This document shows, piece by piece, positions 46,537 to 56,880 of a stretch of DNA of 64,000 nucleotides (positions within the stretch are counted from its first letter, which is position 1; every line of letters starts with the position of its first letter). Under the pieces are notes generated by a model that ran no database searches, had not been told where the DNA came from, and saw only the letters and a program-made list of their open reading frames with translations. A program made the position numbers and the translations under genes. The stretch comes from Candidatus Hadarchaeales archaeon. Its GTDB lineage: Archaea > Hadarchaeota > Hadarchaeia > Hadarchaeales > Hadarchaeaceae. The DNA lies in NCBI GenBank assembly GCA_038851075.1, contig JAWCLG010000005.1, positions 2,308-66,307 on the forward strand, read 5' to 3'.

Positions 46537-47226
46537 TTACCTGTTCATCCTCAGAATCATCCGCGCGGCCTCAACCATTCCGCTGCCGTTCGCTCCCCTA
46601 GTTACGTGAGTGGTCACGCGCTTTACTTCATCAGGCGAGTTGGACACAGCGAAGCTTACACCCGCAGCTTCAAGCATCTCGACGTCGTTCGGTCCATCCC
46701 CAATTGCAGCAATTTCTTCGAGAGGAATCCCGGTTATCTCTGACACCTTCCTGAGCGCGTTCCCCTTGTTAACTGATGGGCTCCTCAGGTGGATTGCAAA
46801 GCCAGAGTCAATGACCGCGAGTCTGAATCCTTTTTCTTCAAGTATCTTCCTTATCCTGTTTATGTCCAAGTTCCGGTTTACGGTGGCGCCGGTGACCCTG
46901 AAGCGGGAGTTTCTGGTCTCCCTAACACCCGGCAGTTCTTTCATGAGCATCGAAAGCGCGCGGTCCACATCCATCCTGTCCCCGAGCACGTATTCAATTC
47001 CGTTCTCCTGGTCGTACACAACTCCCCCGTCCTCCGCTATTATCGGTCCCGATGTTCCTATCATTGTAGATGCGGCCTCGGAGAACTGCAGGATGTTCCC
47101 GGTGGATATTACAACTCTTATCCCGTTTTCCTCAAGCAATCTGATGGCCTCCACGGCAGTTAGGTTGATCCTTCTGTCCGCGTAAGTTATGGTGCCATCT
47201 ATGTCGACGGCGACGATCCTTATCAT
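46537..47226 (-). CDS. Phosphoglycolate phosphatase (archaeal HAD, SPP-like)
   Basis: VDIDGTIT, STGN, AEDGG, DSGFAIHL, NKG and IGDGPNDVEM motifs. Confidence 0.92.
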   Translation of the reverse strand: MIRIVAVDIDGTITYADRRINLTAVEAIRLLEENGIRVVISTGNILQFSEAASTMIGTSGPIIAEDGGVVYDQENGIEYVLGDRMDVDRALSMLMKELPGVRETRNSRFRVTGATVNRNLDINRIRKILEEKGFRLAVIDSGFAIHLRSPSVNKGNALRKVSEITGIPLEEIAAIGDGPNDVEMLEAAGVSFAVSNSPDEVKRVTTHVTRGANGSGMVEAARMILRMNR

Positions 47227-47235
47227 GCGGATTCC

Positions 47236-48186
47236 TCAGTCCTTGATCCCCTGCTCGGTGATGCTGAAAAGGGCCTCCCTCTCCGGGAGATTCGGGCTGT
47301 CGAATATCCTGGCGATCCTCTTCGGCGGTTTTGATTTTCTCAGGTACACCCTAGTGGTCGCGGAGTGCGCCACTATGTGCCCCCCTATCGGCTTTGTCGG
47401 ATCTCCGAAGAAAACGTCCGGCCTGGCCTGAACCTGGTTCGTCACAACAACTGCGAGGTCGTGTATGTCCGCTATCCTGTGGAGGCTCATCAGGTGCCGG
47501 TTCAGCTTTTGCTGTCTGTCCGCAAGCGTGCCCCTCCCCGTGAACTCGGCCCTGAAGTGCGCGGTGAGGGAGTCCACCACTATCAGCTTTATGTTTTCCC
47601 TTTCGACCATCTCCTCGCATTTGTCGGTTATCAGGAGCTGCTGGTCGGTATTGTAAGACCTTATGTAATAAATGTTCCTCAGCGTCTCTGATGGGTCCAG
47701 TCCCGCTCCTATCGCCATGTCCCTTATGCGCTGCGGCCTGAATGTGTTCTCTGTGTCTATGTAGATCGCCCTCGCCGCCAGTCCCTTCTGTTCCGGGGGA
47801 AGCTGAACGTTCACGCAGAGCTGGTGGGCAAGCTGTGTCTTTCCCGAACCGAACTCGCCAAAGAATTCTGTGATTGCTTGGGTTTCGACTCCTCCGCCGA
47901 GAAGGTCATCAAGCTGCTGGCTTCCCGTGGTGATCAACCCTATCTTTTCCCTTTTCTCCAGAACCTTGTCCGCGGTTGTGAAGAGTCCGATCTCCGCGAG
48001 TTCCCTCGCCGCAGATATTATCTTCTTCGCTGTTGATTCCCCGATTTCAGCGGCCTCGTGGAGTTCCGACACCGTGGCAACCGCAATTGACTCTATGGTC
48101 TTGTATCCGGCCTCCATGAGTTTCTGTGCTATTGCCTCCCCGACCCCAGGAAGCGATTCTATCGTGCGTTTCTGTGTTTCGCCCAA
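47236..48186 (-). CDS. radA: DNA repair and recombination protein RadA
   Basis: HhH N-domain, [37 protein letters not shown] and GGHIVAH motifs; no intein. Confidence 0.98.
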   Translation of the reverse strand: MGETQKRTIESLPGVGEAIAQKLMEAGYKTIESIAVATVSELHEAAEIGESTAKKIISAARELAEIGLFTTADKVLEKREKIGLITTGSQQLDDLLGGGVETQAITEFFGEFGSGKTQLAHQLCVNVQLPPEQKGLAARAIYIDTENTFRPQRIRDMAIGAGLDPSETLRNIYYIRSYNTDQQLLITDKCEEMVERENIKLIVVDSLTAHFRAEFTGRGTLADRQQKLNRHLMSLHRIADIHDLAVVVTNQVQARPDVFFGDPTKPIGGHIVAHSATTRVYLRKSKPPKRIARIFDSPNLPEREALFSITEQGIKD

Positions 48187-48198
48187 ATGATGCCTCCG

Positions 48199-50262
48199 TT
48201 ATATTTTTTTCGCCTCCGCTTTTAACTCTTCGATAAGCATCCTGGTTTCATCAACGGGAACCGCTTCTCTGACCTCGTAGGCCCTCAGTTCCGGCTGGTT
48301 TGTGAACCTGTCTTGCCTGACAACTCCGGTCACCACCAGCTCTCTGCTGATCAGATTCAGCCCACCGTAGAACTCCTCGGTGGATTGTGCGGAGTGATAC
48401 ATCCTGTATATCTCCCCGGAGCTCTTTTTCAGGAAATCCTCCACGATCTTTCCGAACATGACGACCCTCAGGGTTTCAGTTCCGTCGTCGAGAAGCAGAC
48501 TCAGCACCGGTCTGTGCTCGGGCGTCACGACCTTTCCGCATTCTCTGCATGTGACCTCTCTCTCTTCGACCCCGAGGCTTCTTCCGCAGCTGGGGCAGAC
48601 CTCAAAAAATGGACGACGGTTGAAAACCTGAACCACGGTGCCGCGTATCTGTACTCTTGCCCCCTCACCGCCGATTTCAGCGATAGGGGTGCGCTTTGCC
48701 CTTTCCCTCATGCCCCTGATGACCTCGACCCGAGGAATCCCTGCATCGTCTTCGACTCTTTCGATTCTACCGGTTTCCTCGAGGTGGACTTCGACAGGCT
48801 CAAAAAGTCCCGGCGCGGTGTAGCAGTCAATAAGCCTCACAATATCTCCCACCCTGAGTCCCGATCCCTCTTCAGCCTTCCGGTGCCAGAGCGATACCCG
48901 TACTGCTCCGCTCTGGTCGCCGATTATCATGCTCATTACTTTCCCGGACCTTCCGCTGGAATCTGTGAAATCCCTTGGAGCAGAGATTTCTATTATTCTC
49001 CCCACGATCTTCAGAGCCTCCATATTCGGCTCGAGTTCAGAGATATTTACCTGGCTCTGTGCGGGTGTTTTTATATCCACTCCTGACGGGTTTATCTCGA
49101 TAGTCGTGAGCGGACCGACGTGAAGTTCGGGAAAACCCCATAATCCTGACCTGGAAGATGCATTTTTCAGCAGGAGGACATCCCCCACGTTTATTCTTTC
49201 TGCGGTTTCCGTGGTCCTGCCCCAGAAGGAGACCCTTATAGTTCCGGTCTCGTCACCTATCACAACGCTTGCGACCTTTCCGGTCGATCCATCGCTTCTC
49301 CTGAAATCTCGAGTCGGAAGCTTCCTCCTGACAGCCCCCATGACATCAACGCTCGGCATGTTCGGCTCCACCTCCCTGATCTTGGCGGGTTTTGTAGGCA
49401 GCTCCGGAATAGCTGGGGCATCCGAAGGATTCTGAAATATGCGCCCCCTTGAGTCGAGTCCGAGCTCAGGTCTACCTCCGGGTCCTTCCTTCACGTAGGC
49501 GTTCTCTATCCTCACCACGTCCCCCCGTTTCAGCCTGCGGGAGATATCTGAGAGTTCCCCCCAGAGCGAGACCCGTATCTGACCCGTTCCGTCGGTAATA
49601 AAGATGCTTGATACCTTTCCCGTACTGCCGTCTGAACGCTCGAATACCTTTGGCTCGCTTATGCCTGTAATTCTTCCGATTACATCCACCTCGGCCATCA
49701 TCGGGTCTACTTCAGATATCCTGGTCGGACCTTCCGGTAGCGCCGGTATATCTCTGCATCTCGGGTCGTCTGGGTTGAGCTCCAGCGTACCTCTTGAGCC
49801 CAGACTGATCTCTGGTTTTCTGTCAAGACCCTCTCTGACGTATCCGTTGGTTACCTTCAATATGTCTCCCTTTTTGATGTCCTGAAGAACCGATGTCTTC
49901 TCACCCCATAGCGTGAGCCTGGCCTGTCCCGTTCCGTCGTAGAGTATGATGCTTCCGACACTGCTGGTGGTCCCGTCGCTTCTTCTGAACTCCTTGACCT
50001 CCTGGACTCTCTGAACCCTGGCGATAACCTCAACCCGTGACATGCCTGGAACGAGGTCCTGCAGCCTCAGGGATCTGGTCTCCGGCTCCGGGCGCTCGAA
50101 AACGATGCCGAGTTCGCGTGCCACAATGTTTGCCGCACCTTCAGGAGTTACAAACCAGTCCAGCTCCCTCTGCTTTTCGTTGACCCTCCTCAGGACCTCC
50201 TCCCGGTTAAGTCCGGTGTCCCTGACTATGCGCTCAATCATCTGATCAAAACTGTGTTCCAA
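48199..50262 (-). CDS. rpa: Replication protein A large subunit (multiple OB folds + Zn finger)
   Basis: Four repeated OB modules (F.RSDG..G.V..I...DGTG..RVSLWG) and a C-terminal OB domain with CPSC...CRECG. Confidence 0.93.
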   Translation of the reverse strand: MEHSFDQMIERIVRDTGLNREEVLRRVNEKQRELDWFVTPEGAANIVARELGIVFERPEPETRSLRLQDLVPGMSRVEVIARVQRVQEVKEFRRSDGTTSSVGSIILYDGTGQARLTLWGEKTSVLQDIKKGDILKVTNGYVREGLDRKPEISLGSRGTLELNPDDPRCRDIPALPEGPTRISEVDPMMAEVDVIGRITGISEPKVFERSDGSTGKVSSIFITDGTGQIRVSLWGELSDISRRLKRGDVVRIENAYVKEGPGGRPELGLDSRGRIFQNPSDAPAIPELPTKPAKIREVEPNMPSVDVMGAVRRKLPTRDFRRSDGSTGKVASVVIGDETGTIRVSFWGRTTETAERINVGDVLLLKNASSRSGLWGFPELHVGPLTTIEINPSGVDIKTPAQSQVNISELEPNMEALKIVGRIIEISAPRDFTDSSGRSGKVMSMIIGDQSGAVRVSLWHRKAEEGSGLRVGDIVRLIDCYTAPGLFEPVEVHLEETGRIERVEDDAGIPRVEVIRGMRERAKRTPIAEIGGEGARVQIRGTVVQVFNRRPFFEVCPSCGRSLGVEEREVTCRECGKVVTPEHRPVLSLLLDDGTETLRVVMFGKIVEDFLKKSSGEIYRMYHSAQSTEEFYGGLNLISRELVVTGVVRQDRFTNQPELRAYEVREAVPVDETRMLIEELKAEAKKI

Positions 50263-50320
50263 TTCCAGTCCCGAAACAACTGTTTTTTTATCCCTTTAAC
50301 TTTTACCGAATCCTGGGAGA

Positions 50321-50944
50321 TCAGAAAACGATGTACTTCATAATGTCTCTGAGGTCCTTGCTGTTAACGATGACGTTGGCGACCTCTCTGACAATCGGCT
50401 GACCGTTGAACGCTATTCTGGTGCCGGCATACCTGAACAGCTTCATATCGTTGGCCCCGTCAACTACCGCCACCACGTTTTCCTTCTTGGCACCGAGACT
50501 GACCAGCAGCTCCTCGATTCCTTCAACCCTGTCGCTCTTCACCTTCAGCGGGGCGATGTCGTGCAGTGCACCGTCGTTGAATATCAGCTCGTTTGAGAAC
50601 AAGTAGTCTATGCCCAGCTCTCTTTTGACCCTCTCGGAGAATATGGTGAAACCTCCGGTCACCGCGATAATCACGTATCCTTTTTTCTTCAGTTCAGAGC
50701 ATACCTCCTTCGCGCCTTTCATGTACGGCATCGAATCAGCCACCTTCTTGGCCTCATCCTCGCTCACTCCCTTGAGCAGCTCGATTCTTTCCTTCAGTCC
50801 GTCCTCCCACTTTATCTCTCCTCGCAGCCCCCTGAGCGTGATATGGTGTACCTCTTTCCCCTTTCCGAACCTTTCTGCCAGCTTGGGCAGAAACTCACCG
50901 TCCAGCAGCACGCTTTCTATGTCGAATATTGCTATCTTGTTCAA
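50321..50944 (-). CDS. serB: Phosphoserine phosphatase
   Basis: FDIESVL..GE, GEIKWE.GL.ER..LLKG, TGGF and DGANDMKLF motifs. Confidence 0.9.
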   Translation of the reverse strand: MNKIAIFDIESVLLDGEFLPKLAERFGKGKEVHHITLRGLRGEIKWEDGLKERIELLKGVSEDEAKKVADSMPYMKGAKEVCSELKKKGYVIIAVTGGFTIFSERVKRELGIDYLFSNELIFNDGALHDIAPLKVKSDRVEGIEELLVSLGAKKENVVAVVDGANDMKLFRYAGTRIAFNGQPIVREVANVIVNSKDLRDIMKYIVF

Positions 50945-50985
50945 TTTCTGACCTCTTTTTACAGAAAAGCTGGACGTTTTTAAAT

Positions 50986-52260
50986 TTAGCGGTCTCCGGT
51001 TTCCATTTTCTTCACAAGCTCGAGCGCTCTGTCGTAGCTGACCCTGCCCTCCGCTATCATCATGCTTGCGATTTTATCGATCGCCTGCCCCTTTGCCCCT
51101 GCAGTCGCTGCGATGTTTCTTGCATGGAGCTTCAGATGTCCCCTCTGTATCCCTTCGGTGGCAAGCGCCCTCATTGCCGCGAGGTTCTGGGCAAGCCCGA
51201 GGGCCGCCATGACCTCCCCAAGCTCCCTCGCGGATTTGACCCCGAGTATTTTTTTACACACCTTGGCAACCGGGTGGGCCGCCGTTGCACCGCCTATCAC
51301 TCCGACCGCCACCGGCAGCTCTATTTTCCCAACGAGATCTCCGTCATCGTTTACTTCCCATGTCGTGAGAGGCCTGTATCTCCCGCTCATTGCGGCATAA
51401 GCATGAGCGCCCGCCTCGATTGCCCTGGTGTCGTTCCCTGTGGCGAGGGCAAGCGCGGTAATGCCGTTCATGATTCCCTTGTTGTGGGTGGCGCACCTGT
51501 ACTGATCCGCAAGGGCAAACGCGTAGGCCTGCATTATCCCCTCCACAACATCGCTTCCGCCGAGCGCGTCCTTTGAGAATACTGCCCTAGCCCTCGCGAG
51601 TCTCCTCGTGGCGAGGTTCGACACTATTCTGAGAAAGACCCTTCCTCCGGTGATTTCCTCCACGAGAGGTGCCACCGCCTCGCACATGGTGTTCACCACG
51701 TTTGCGCCCATAGCATCCCTCACGTCAACGAGCAGGTGCATGATGACCATTCTGCCGCGTATCGTGTCAACTGCCCTTGCCTCAATATCGACGGCTCCTC
51801 CTCCGAGATTTACGAGAAACGGGTCCTTCTCGTTCGCCCGGGCGATTATCCTCTTTTTCTCGCTGGTCAATTTTCGCACCGCTTCATCAGCATCCGCCAC
51901 ATCAACTACCTGCACCTGGCCTATCATCACCGGATCCGTGCTCTCTGCTGTGAAACCTCCCTTCACCCTTGCCATCTTGGCCGCGTTTGATGCGGCGGCC
52001 ACAACCGAGGGCTCCTCGGTAACCATGGGGATAAGATAATCTCTACCGTTGATCAGAAAATTCGTTGCAATGCCAATTGGGAGTTCTGTGGTCCCTATGA
52101 CGTTCTCGATCATGCGGTTGGCGTGTTCTATATCCAGCGCTCCAGTTTTCTTAAGGAGCGCCTTTTCATCCTCGGTCAGCCCGACCAGCTCCGCAACCTT
52201 CTCCAGCCTTTCCTCCGGAGTCAGCCTGTAGAATCCGGATATGTCTGATCTTGCCGGCAA
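50986..52260 (-). CDS. mvaA: Hydroxymethylglutaryl-CoA reductase, class II
   Basis: SGFYRL, MIENVIG, PMVTEEPSVVAA, DAMGANVVNT, THNKGIMNG, GLAQNLAAMRALATEGIQRGH and LHARN motifs. TTG 52260 is the likely start. Confidence 0.95.
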   Translation of the reverse strand: MPARSDISGFYRLTPEERLEKVAELVGLTEDEKALLKKTGALDIEHANRMIENVIGTTELPIGIATNFLINGRDYLIPMVTEEPSVVAAASNAAKMARVKGGFTAESTDPVMIGQVQVVDVADADEAVRKLTSEKKRIIARANEKDPFLVNLGGGAVDIEARAVDTIRGRMVIMHLLVDVRDAMGANVVNTMCEAVAPLVEEITGGRVFLRIVSNLATRRLARARAVFSKDALGGSDVVEGIMQAYAFALADQYRCATHNKGIMNGITALALATGNDTRAIEAGAHAYAAMSGRYRPLTTWEVNDDGDLVGKIELPVAVGVIGGATAAHPVAKVCKKILGVKSARELGEVMAALGLAQNLAAMRALATEGIQRGHLKLHARNIAATAGAKGQAIDKIASMMIAEGRVSYDRALELVKKMETGDR

Positions 52261-52376
52261 GTCAACCGTATAACTTAACCCGGTTTTTAATAAATAGTGC
52301 ACCGCAAAAAAATTAAAAAGCTGGAGATGAAATCTAAACGGAGCCACATGGCGAAGTGTAAGAAAAAGAAGAGCCG

Positions 52377-55364
52377 TTAGGTTGGAATGCGCTTTACGAG
52401 CATTCTGAAGCGCTCATCGTCGATGTTCCAGTCCTTCAGATAGCCTTCTCCCTTTACCTGATCTTGGTGCGCTATTTTCAGTCCCCTTGCTCTGACCTCT
52501 CTGGAGATGTACTGCTGCTGCATGGCAAGGAGGTTCATTGACTCCCGCTCGCTTACTCCGACCTCAACATCCACCTTCTCCTCCATCCCTAGACCCATCT
52601 CCTTTCTCATCATTTGAAGTCGCCTCACCACCTCACGCGCCAGGCATTCAGATCTCAGCTCTGGAGTTATCACCGTGTCCACCGCGATCCTGCCCGATGG
52701 GGTTTCAGCCGTGAGGGACTCCTGCGGTGGCTTGAATTCCTCTCCTGGATTTACGATGATAACCTCCTTTGCGTTGATCTGGGACCCTGCGATGCTTACG
52801 AGGGACTTTATTCTCTGCGCCGAGCCTTCATCGGAGGGCTGGATCATCACCATCCTGACAGGCCAGCGCAGCTTGAGGCCGGCCCTCTGCCTGATGGATG
52901 CGGCGGCTTCAACGAATGCCTTGATGTGCTCCATTCCAATCTCCAGATTTTCATCGATGAGTTCCCGGTCCGGCGCCGGCCAGGGAAGCATGTGCACGCT
53001 TTCCGGAGATCCGGGACAGGACGCCTTTACCAGGTCCCTGTACATCACCTCTGAAAGGTGCGGCATGAATGGTGCCAGCAGCCTGATCAGGACATGCATG
53101 GCCTGATAGAGCGTTACGTACGCAGCAATCTTTTTCGGGTCATCTCTCTCTATCCATACCCTTTCTCTGACCAGCTTCACGTACCATCGGCTCATGTCAT
53201 CCAGAATGAACTTAGACAGCGCTCTCGTCGCTCGGTGCAGGTCATATCGCTCCATGCTTTCCGTGATCTCGCTGATCAGGCTGTTTATCCTGGATAACAT
53301 CCACATGTCCTCAGCGCGCATGTTTCTGCGGACCGCATCCATGTTCACCAGTGACGGATCGAATTCATCCAGCGACATGTAGGTTGTCGCGAATACGTGC
53401 ACGTTCCATAGCACATTCATCATTCTCCTGACGTTCTCCAGCTCTCTCAGGTTGAACTTTAGATCCTCCCAGGGCGGGTTTGTGGAGAGCATGTAAAACC
53501 TGAGAACATCCGCGCCGTGCTTTTTTGCCACTTCCAGAGGATCGATCACGTTACCGAGGGATTTTGACATCTTTCTGCCACGCTCGTCCAGGACGAACCC
53601 ATGCATCAGCGCTTTTCTGTATGGCACGTCGTCAAATGCGACAACCGAGAGAACCTGCTGGCTGTAGAACCACTTTGTGACCTGGTCCTCGCCCTCCGTT
53701 ATAAAGTCGGCTGGCCAGAGCTCTTTGAAAAGTGTCTGGTTATTGGGATATCCGAGGCTGCCCCATGACGCCACGCCGGAGTCGAACCAGACATCGAGGA
53801 CGTCCGGAACTCTTGTGCACCTCCCACCGCAGGACGGACACCTCAGCACAATTCTGTCAACATGCGGCCGGTGAAGATCAATGTCTCCTATCGGCTCAGC
53901 GGCAAGCTCTCTCAGTTCCGACGTTCCCCCCACTACGATCGTTTTCCCGCAGCCATCGCACTTCCACACCGGAATTGGTATGCCCCAGTATCTCTGTCTC
54001 GATATGCACCAGTCGCCGACCGATTCGACGCCGTTCACGTACCTCGTCGCCACCCAGTCTGGATACCACCGCACGGGTGAGTTTCTCTCCAGTATGCGGG
54101 ACTTTATATCTCTGACTCTGAGGAACCATTGCTCGGTGGCGCGGAATATCAGAGGGGTCCCGCACCTCCAGCAGTGTGGATAGGAGTGGAGAACCTTTCC
54201 GGACTTCATCAGCACTCCCTTTTTCCTCAGATCCTCCATGATGATCGGGTCCGCCTTTTTCACGAAAATTCCGGAGTATTTCCCGGCATCATGTGTGAAG
54301 GCGCCGTCCGGTCCCACTGGACTGAATACCGGCAGGTTGTATCTCTTGCCGATCTCAAAGTCCTCTTCTCCATGACCGGGTGCGGTGTGAACGCATCCTG
54401 TTCCCTCCTCGAGCGTGACGTGCTCTCCGCATATTATCCTGTGACTGGAAGTGTACTCCTTCTGTGCGGGAACCTCGTCGAGTAGCGGGTGCTCGTAAGC
54501 GATCCCTTCTAGATCTTTCCCGCGCATCATCTCCTTCGTCTGCCACTCTCCTATTCCAAGTTCGTTCATAACTCTCCCGGAAAGCGCCTCTGCCATTATG
54601 TAGGTGGCACCTCCCGCCTCGACCTTCACGTAGTTGTACTCCGGGTGAACGCATACGGAGATGTTAGCCGGGATAGTCCATGGCGTTGTGGTCCAGATCA
54701 GAATGTACTCGTTTTCACTGCCCCTGATCCTGAAGCGAGCGTACAGCGACGGATCGGTAACATCGCTGTACTCCCCACGCACCTCGTGTTCCGCGAGGGC
54801 CGTTTCGCATCTCGGGCACCAGTGTATCACCCTCAGGGACCTCTCGAGAAGTCCTCTTTCATGCGCCTTTTTCAGAGTCCACCAGGCCGCCTCCATGTAG
54901 TCGTTCTTGAACGTGATATAGGGGTCTTCCCAGTCCATCCAGACGCCGAGTTCCCTGAACTGCTGTGTCATCAGCGCAACGTGCTCCATTGCCCATCCCT
55001 TGCACTCTCTTATGAAATTCTCGACCCCGACCCTCAGCTCGATGTCCTTTTTTGTCTTTATCCCAAGTCTTTCCTCCACCTTGACCTCTATCGGGAGACC
55101 GTGGCAGTCCCAGCCAGGCTGCCTTCTCACGTTGAATCCGTTCATCGTCATGTACCTGATGATGGCGTCCTTGATTATCTTGTTCCATGCCGTGCCCAGG
55201 TGTATCGACCCGCTTGCGTAGGGCGGCCCGTCTAAGAAGTACCATGGCTTTTTCCCCGCGCGGAGCCCCTTCACCTTTTCGTATATGCCGGCGTCTTCCC
55301 ACCATCGCTTTGTTTCCGCCTCTGATTTTACCGCGTCGTACGACTTTGCCGCAGGTTGTATCAT
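52377..55364 (-). CDS. ileS: Isoleucyl-tRNA synthetase
   Basis: DGPPYASGSIHLGT (HIGH), GWDCHGLPIE, WTTTPWT, DWCISRQRYWG and KMSKS motifs. Confidence 0.98.
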   Translation of the reverse strand: MIQPAAKSYDAVKSEAETKRWWEDAGIYEKVKGLRAGKKPWYFLDGPPYASGSIHLGTAWNKIIKDAIIRYMTMNGFNVRRQPGWDCHGLPIEVKVEERLGIKTKKDIELRVGVENFIRECKGWAMEHVALMTQQFRELGVWMDWEDPYITFKNDYMEAAWWTLKKAHERGLLERSLRVIHWCPRCETALAEHEVRGEYSDVTDPSLYARFRIRGSENEYILIWTTTPWTIPANISVCVHPEYNYVKVEAGGATYIMAEALSGRVMNELGIGEWQTKEMMRGKDLEGIAYEHPLLDEVPAQKEYTSSHRIICGEHVTLEEGTGCVHTAPGHGEEDFEIGKRYNLPVFSPVGPDGAFTHDAGKYSGIFVKKADPIIMEDLRKKGVLMKSGKVLHSYPHCWRCGTPLIFRATEQWFLRVRDIKSRILERNSPVRWYPDWVATRYVNGVESVGDWCISRQRYWGIPIPVWKCDGCGKTIVVGGTSELRELAAEPIGDIDLHRPHVDRIVLRCPSCGGRCTRVPDVLDVWFDSGVASWGSLGYPNNQTLFKELWPADFITEGEDQVTKWFYSQQVLSVVAFDDVPYRKALMHGFVLDERGRKMSKSLGNVIDPLEVAKKHGADVLRFYMLSTNPPWEDLKFNLRELENVRRMMNVLWNVHVFATTYMSLDEFDPSLVNMDAVRRNMRAEDMWMLSRINSLISEITESMERYDLHRATRALSKFILDDMSRWYVKLVRERVWIERDDPKKIAAYVTLYQAMHVLIRLLAPFMPHLSEVMYRDLVKASCPGSPESVHMLPWPAPDRELIDENLEIGMEHIKAFVEAAASIRQRAGLKLRWPVRMVMIQPSDEGSAQRIKSLVSIAGSQINAKEVIIVNPGEEFKPPQESLTAETPSGRIAVDTVITPELRSECLAREVVRRLQMMRKEMGLGMEEKVDVEVGVSERESMNLLAMQQQYISREVRARGLKIAHQDQVKGEGYLKDWNIDDERFRMLVKRIPT

Positions 55365-55454
55365 GCAGTCCCCAACCTACATCTTTTTTTCAAATAAAAA
55401 CCATCTCTGGTCAAAGTTTTTATCATAGTAAATATAATCTCTTTTTGCGTTCTG

Positions 55455-55853
55455 GTGATTCGAGTGTTTGGCTGGGCCGAATACAGACCTAAGGAGGAGG
55501 GGCTGGCGACGGTTTTGAGCGGGCTTGAGGCGGAGATAATGAAGATCATGTGGAGGGAGAAGAGGGCGACTGCTAGGACGGTCTACAGCCTTCTGAACAG
55601 CAGGCACAGCGTCTGCAGATCGAAGGTTAACTCGACAATGAACGCCCTCTGCAGGAAAGGGCTGCTTTCCTCAACAATAAGCAAGGGAAAGGGTGGACTC
55701 AGATACATATACAGGGTCAAAGTTTCCAGAAAGAGATTCGAACGCGAGGTCGTACAAACGGTGGTTTGCAGCCTCCTTAAATCGTTCAGGGATTCAAAAC
55801 GTCTTGTCGATGAGATATTGAAGTCGTCTGAATGTGAAAGTAAAAATGGTTGA
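55455..55853 (+). CDS. BlaI/MecI/CopY family transcriptional regulator
   Basis: LSGLEAEIMKIMW...TAR.VY..L...V.STM..L.RKGLL...Y.Y...SR..F winged-helix pattern. Confidence 0.85.
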   Translation: MIRVFGWAEYRPKEEGLATVLSGLEAEIMKIMWREKRATARTVYSLLNSRHSVCRSKVNSTMNALCRKGLLSSTISKGKGGLRYIYRVKVSRKRFEREVVQTVVCSLLKSFRDSKRLVDEILKSSECESKNG

Positions 55854-55891
55854 GGAGGAACTATTCTCATCTGAATGACGGAGGTCAGAAA

Positions 55892-56857
55892 GTGGAAGAG
55901 TCTGTGGAGATATGGATTGAGAAATACAGGCCAAAAAAACTCGATGAGATTGTGGGACAGCAGGAGGTCGTGAAGAGGCTTCAGGGATTTGTTGATAAAA
56001 GATCACTGCCGCATCTTCTGTTTGCAGGCCCGGCTGGAACGGGGAAGACCACAGCCGCGCTCTGCATTGCGCGGGAGCTATTCGGGGATGGGTGGAGGCA
56101 GAACCTGCTCGAGTTAAATGCGTCTGATGAGCGGGGGATAGACACGATAAGGACGAAGGTGAAGGACTACGCGAGGACGCGGCCTATCGGTGACGTTCCG
56201 TACAAGCTGATCCTCCTCGATGAAAGCGACGCGTTAACCGCCGATGCCCAGCATGCGTTGCGCAGGACCATGGAGATGTTTTCCCGGAGCACCAGGTTCA
56301 TACTGGACTGTAATTTCAGCAGCCGCATCATAGAACCGATACAGTCCCGCTGCGCCGTTTTCAGGTTCAGGCGCCTGACGGAGAACGATGTCGAAAAGAT
56401 GGTTAAGCGGATAGAGAAGGCTGAAAAGCTGATGGTTTCCCCCGAGGCGATAAAGGCGATATTTTACGTGAGCGAGGGAGACATGCGAAAGGCGATAAAC
56501 GTTCTGCAGGCCGCCGCTGCGCTTGGCAAGAGGGTATCTGAAAAGGTGATATATGAGGTAAGTGCCGCGGTCAGACCTGAGGATGTGAGGGACATGCTGG
56601 AGCTTGCGCTTTCCGGGAAGTTCATTGAGGCCAGGGAAAAGCTGCATTCCCTGCTCATAGACAGGGGACTGTCCGGGGAGGACGTTCTCGAACAGGTTCA
56701 CAGGGAGATATTCAATCTTAAGGTGTCGGACCAGATGAAGGTGGAGCTCGTTGACAGGGTTGGCGAGTTCTCATTCAGGATCACTCAGGGCGCGAACGAA
56801 CGCCTGCAACTGGAGGCGATGCTTGCGCATTTTTCGCTGCTTGGCGGAAGACAGTAG
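55892..56857 (+). CDS. rfcS: Replication factor C small subunit
   Basis: IWIEKYRP, GPAGTGKT, ELNASDERG, LDESD, ALRRTME and SRC motifs; GTG 55892 follows GGAGG; no intein. Confidence 0.97.
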   Translation: MEESVEIWIEKYRPKKLDEIVGQQEVVKRLQGFVDKRSLPHLLFAGPAGTGKTTAALCIARELFGDGWRQNLLELNASDERGIDTIRTKVKDYARTRPIGDVPYKLILLDESDALTADAQHALRRTMEMFSRSTRFILDCNFSSRIIEPIQSRCAVFRFRRLTENDVEKMVKRIEKAEKLMVSPEAIKAIFYVSEGDMRKAINVLQAAAALGKRVSEKVIYEVSAAVRPEDVRDMLELALSGKFIEAREKLHSLLIDRGLSGEDVLEQVHREIFNLKVSDQMKVELVDRVGEFSFRITQGANERLQLEAMLAHFSLLGGRQ

Positions 56858-56880
56858 TGCGAGTCGAGAAACCTGAATTT

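Noticed and set aside
48313-50100. Internal DNA repeats in the RPA gene
   Set aside because: They are explained by tandem OB-fold domain duplication in the protein and are not a separate element.
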